A DNA stretch of 64,000 nt, from NCBI RefSeq assembly GCF_003704095.1, contig NW_020845282.1, positions 124,001-188,000 of the forward strand. The letters are read 5' to 3'. Made by a program: the position numbers and the translations under genes. Source of the DNA: Pocillopora damicornis. Its lineage: Eukaryota. The notes under the pieces are model-generated. The model saw only the letters and a program-made list of their open reading frames with translations, was not told the DNA's origin and made no database searches. Positions 62,901 to 64,000 of this stretch are shown in pieces; the first letter of the stretch is position 1; each line of letters begins with the position of its first letter.

Positions 62901-64000
62901 GTAATTGTTCCCTATTGTCACGCAACAAAAGTGTACATTATGTCACGAATTCGGATTACGTGACAAAGAAATTCTAAGTTAAGTTTCGGCCGAAGTTTGT
63001 GTCTGCGGTGTACTTGGGTAATATAAATGAACTGTTTGCTTGAAACCAAACACAACTCGACACCACAAAGTTTTGTTGAAACTTTCATTGAACTTGGTTT
63101 TATTTGAGAGGTTTATTTAGTTCACTCAAACAACTGGATTGCAAAGTAAAACAACATGCCATTTTATTGAGGAAATAAAACATTGTCTCTGTTGTCCATG
63201 ACCTTACTAAATAAAAAAATGGTTACCAAAAAAAAAAAAGCAATAATGTATTCCAACTTTCAAATCCTGTACAGTTCCATCTGATCCCTTAGTACAAGCC
63301 GGGGACAGTTGAACACTTGGAAGAGTTGACCACTTGCTCCCAAGTAGGGAGGGGCAGGGTAAAGGAAAGTGAGAGTTTGCTCCCAATGCCTCCAGGGTCT
63401 TTCTCCTAATTTGTCACAATACCGCAGCTAATCAATTTGGAATTAATGAGTCGGGAAAAAAAATTAAAATGCAAAATGGAATTTGACTGAAGGTGCTGAT
63501 CTACAAATCAATGTATCAAAAGCTAAAGTGATTTGCCTCGGCGGCAGTAGAAAAAATCGCGCCATAAAATCAGTAGAAAAAAACCTAATTGAGTTAGAAA
63601 TGTTCCCAACCAGGACAAAAAAACTGAAGCGCAGACTTGAGGTGCCTAGTTTTCAGTGCATCACCACTGAAAGCAAGGAAAGATACTGAATCGCACTAGT
63701 CTGGTTTGACTTTATCACACAAATGTTACCAAAGAGCACAAGTCGCTAAATTTCTCATCAGTGAAGATACCCAAACCAGAATCTCTCTCTAACTTGATTG
63801 AAAATTATTTGCTACGATTTTTTATCCTTATGACTTCTGAAAAGGTTTAGATTTATTTGAAATAAGGAAAAAATGATTGCGATAGGTTTATGTTAATTAT
63901 GCACATTCGGCTTGGTTTTTTTTTTTACTATTTTAAATCACAAGACGTCAACGGGGAATTGTTCCTTTTCAATCTTCAATAATGCACAAGCGTTCGACGG

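Overview
Eukaryotic, intron-rich animal DNA from a gapped draft assembly. The repeat families and histone sequences look like a scleractinian coral or other anthozoan (inference). Left to right: (1) A multi-exon PDI/thioredoxin-domain gene on the minus strand, running off the left edge. (2) Head-to-head with it, a ~2,600-aa HELZ2-like gene (SF1 helicase - RNB exoribonuclease - SF1 helicase) with a 4.15-kb exon. (3) A Ras-family GTPase gene whose probable first intron holds a decayed Polinton/adintovirus-like element (packaging ATPase, integrase, fibre-like gene). (4) Two diverged replication-dependent histone quintets (H1,H3,H4,H2A,H2B). All ten 3' stem-loops have a non-canonical top base pair and share a downstream element that predicts the U7 snRNA guide. 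(5) Tandem repeats and weakly supported transcription units on the right. Introns are dense with MITEs (TTAA-flanked piggyBac-like and CCAAT-rich types), SINE fragments and Penelope-derived pieces. All exon models were read by eye and lack transcript support.
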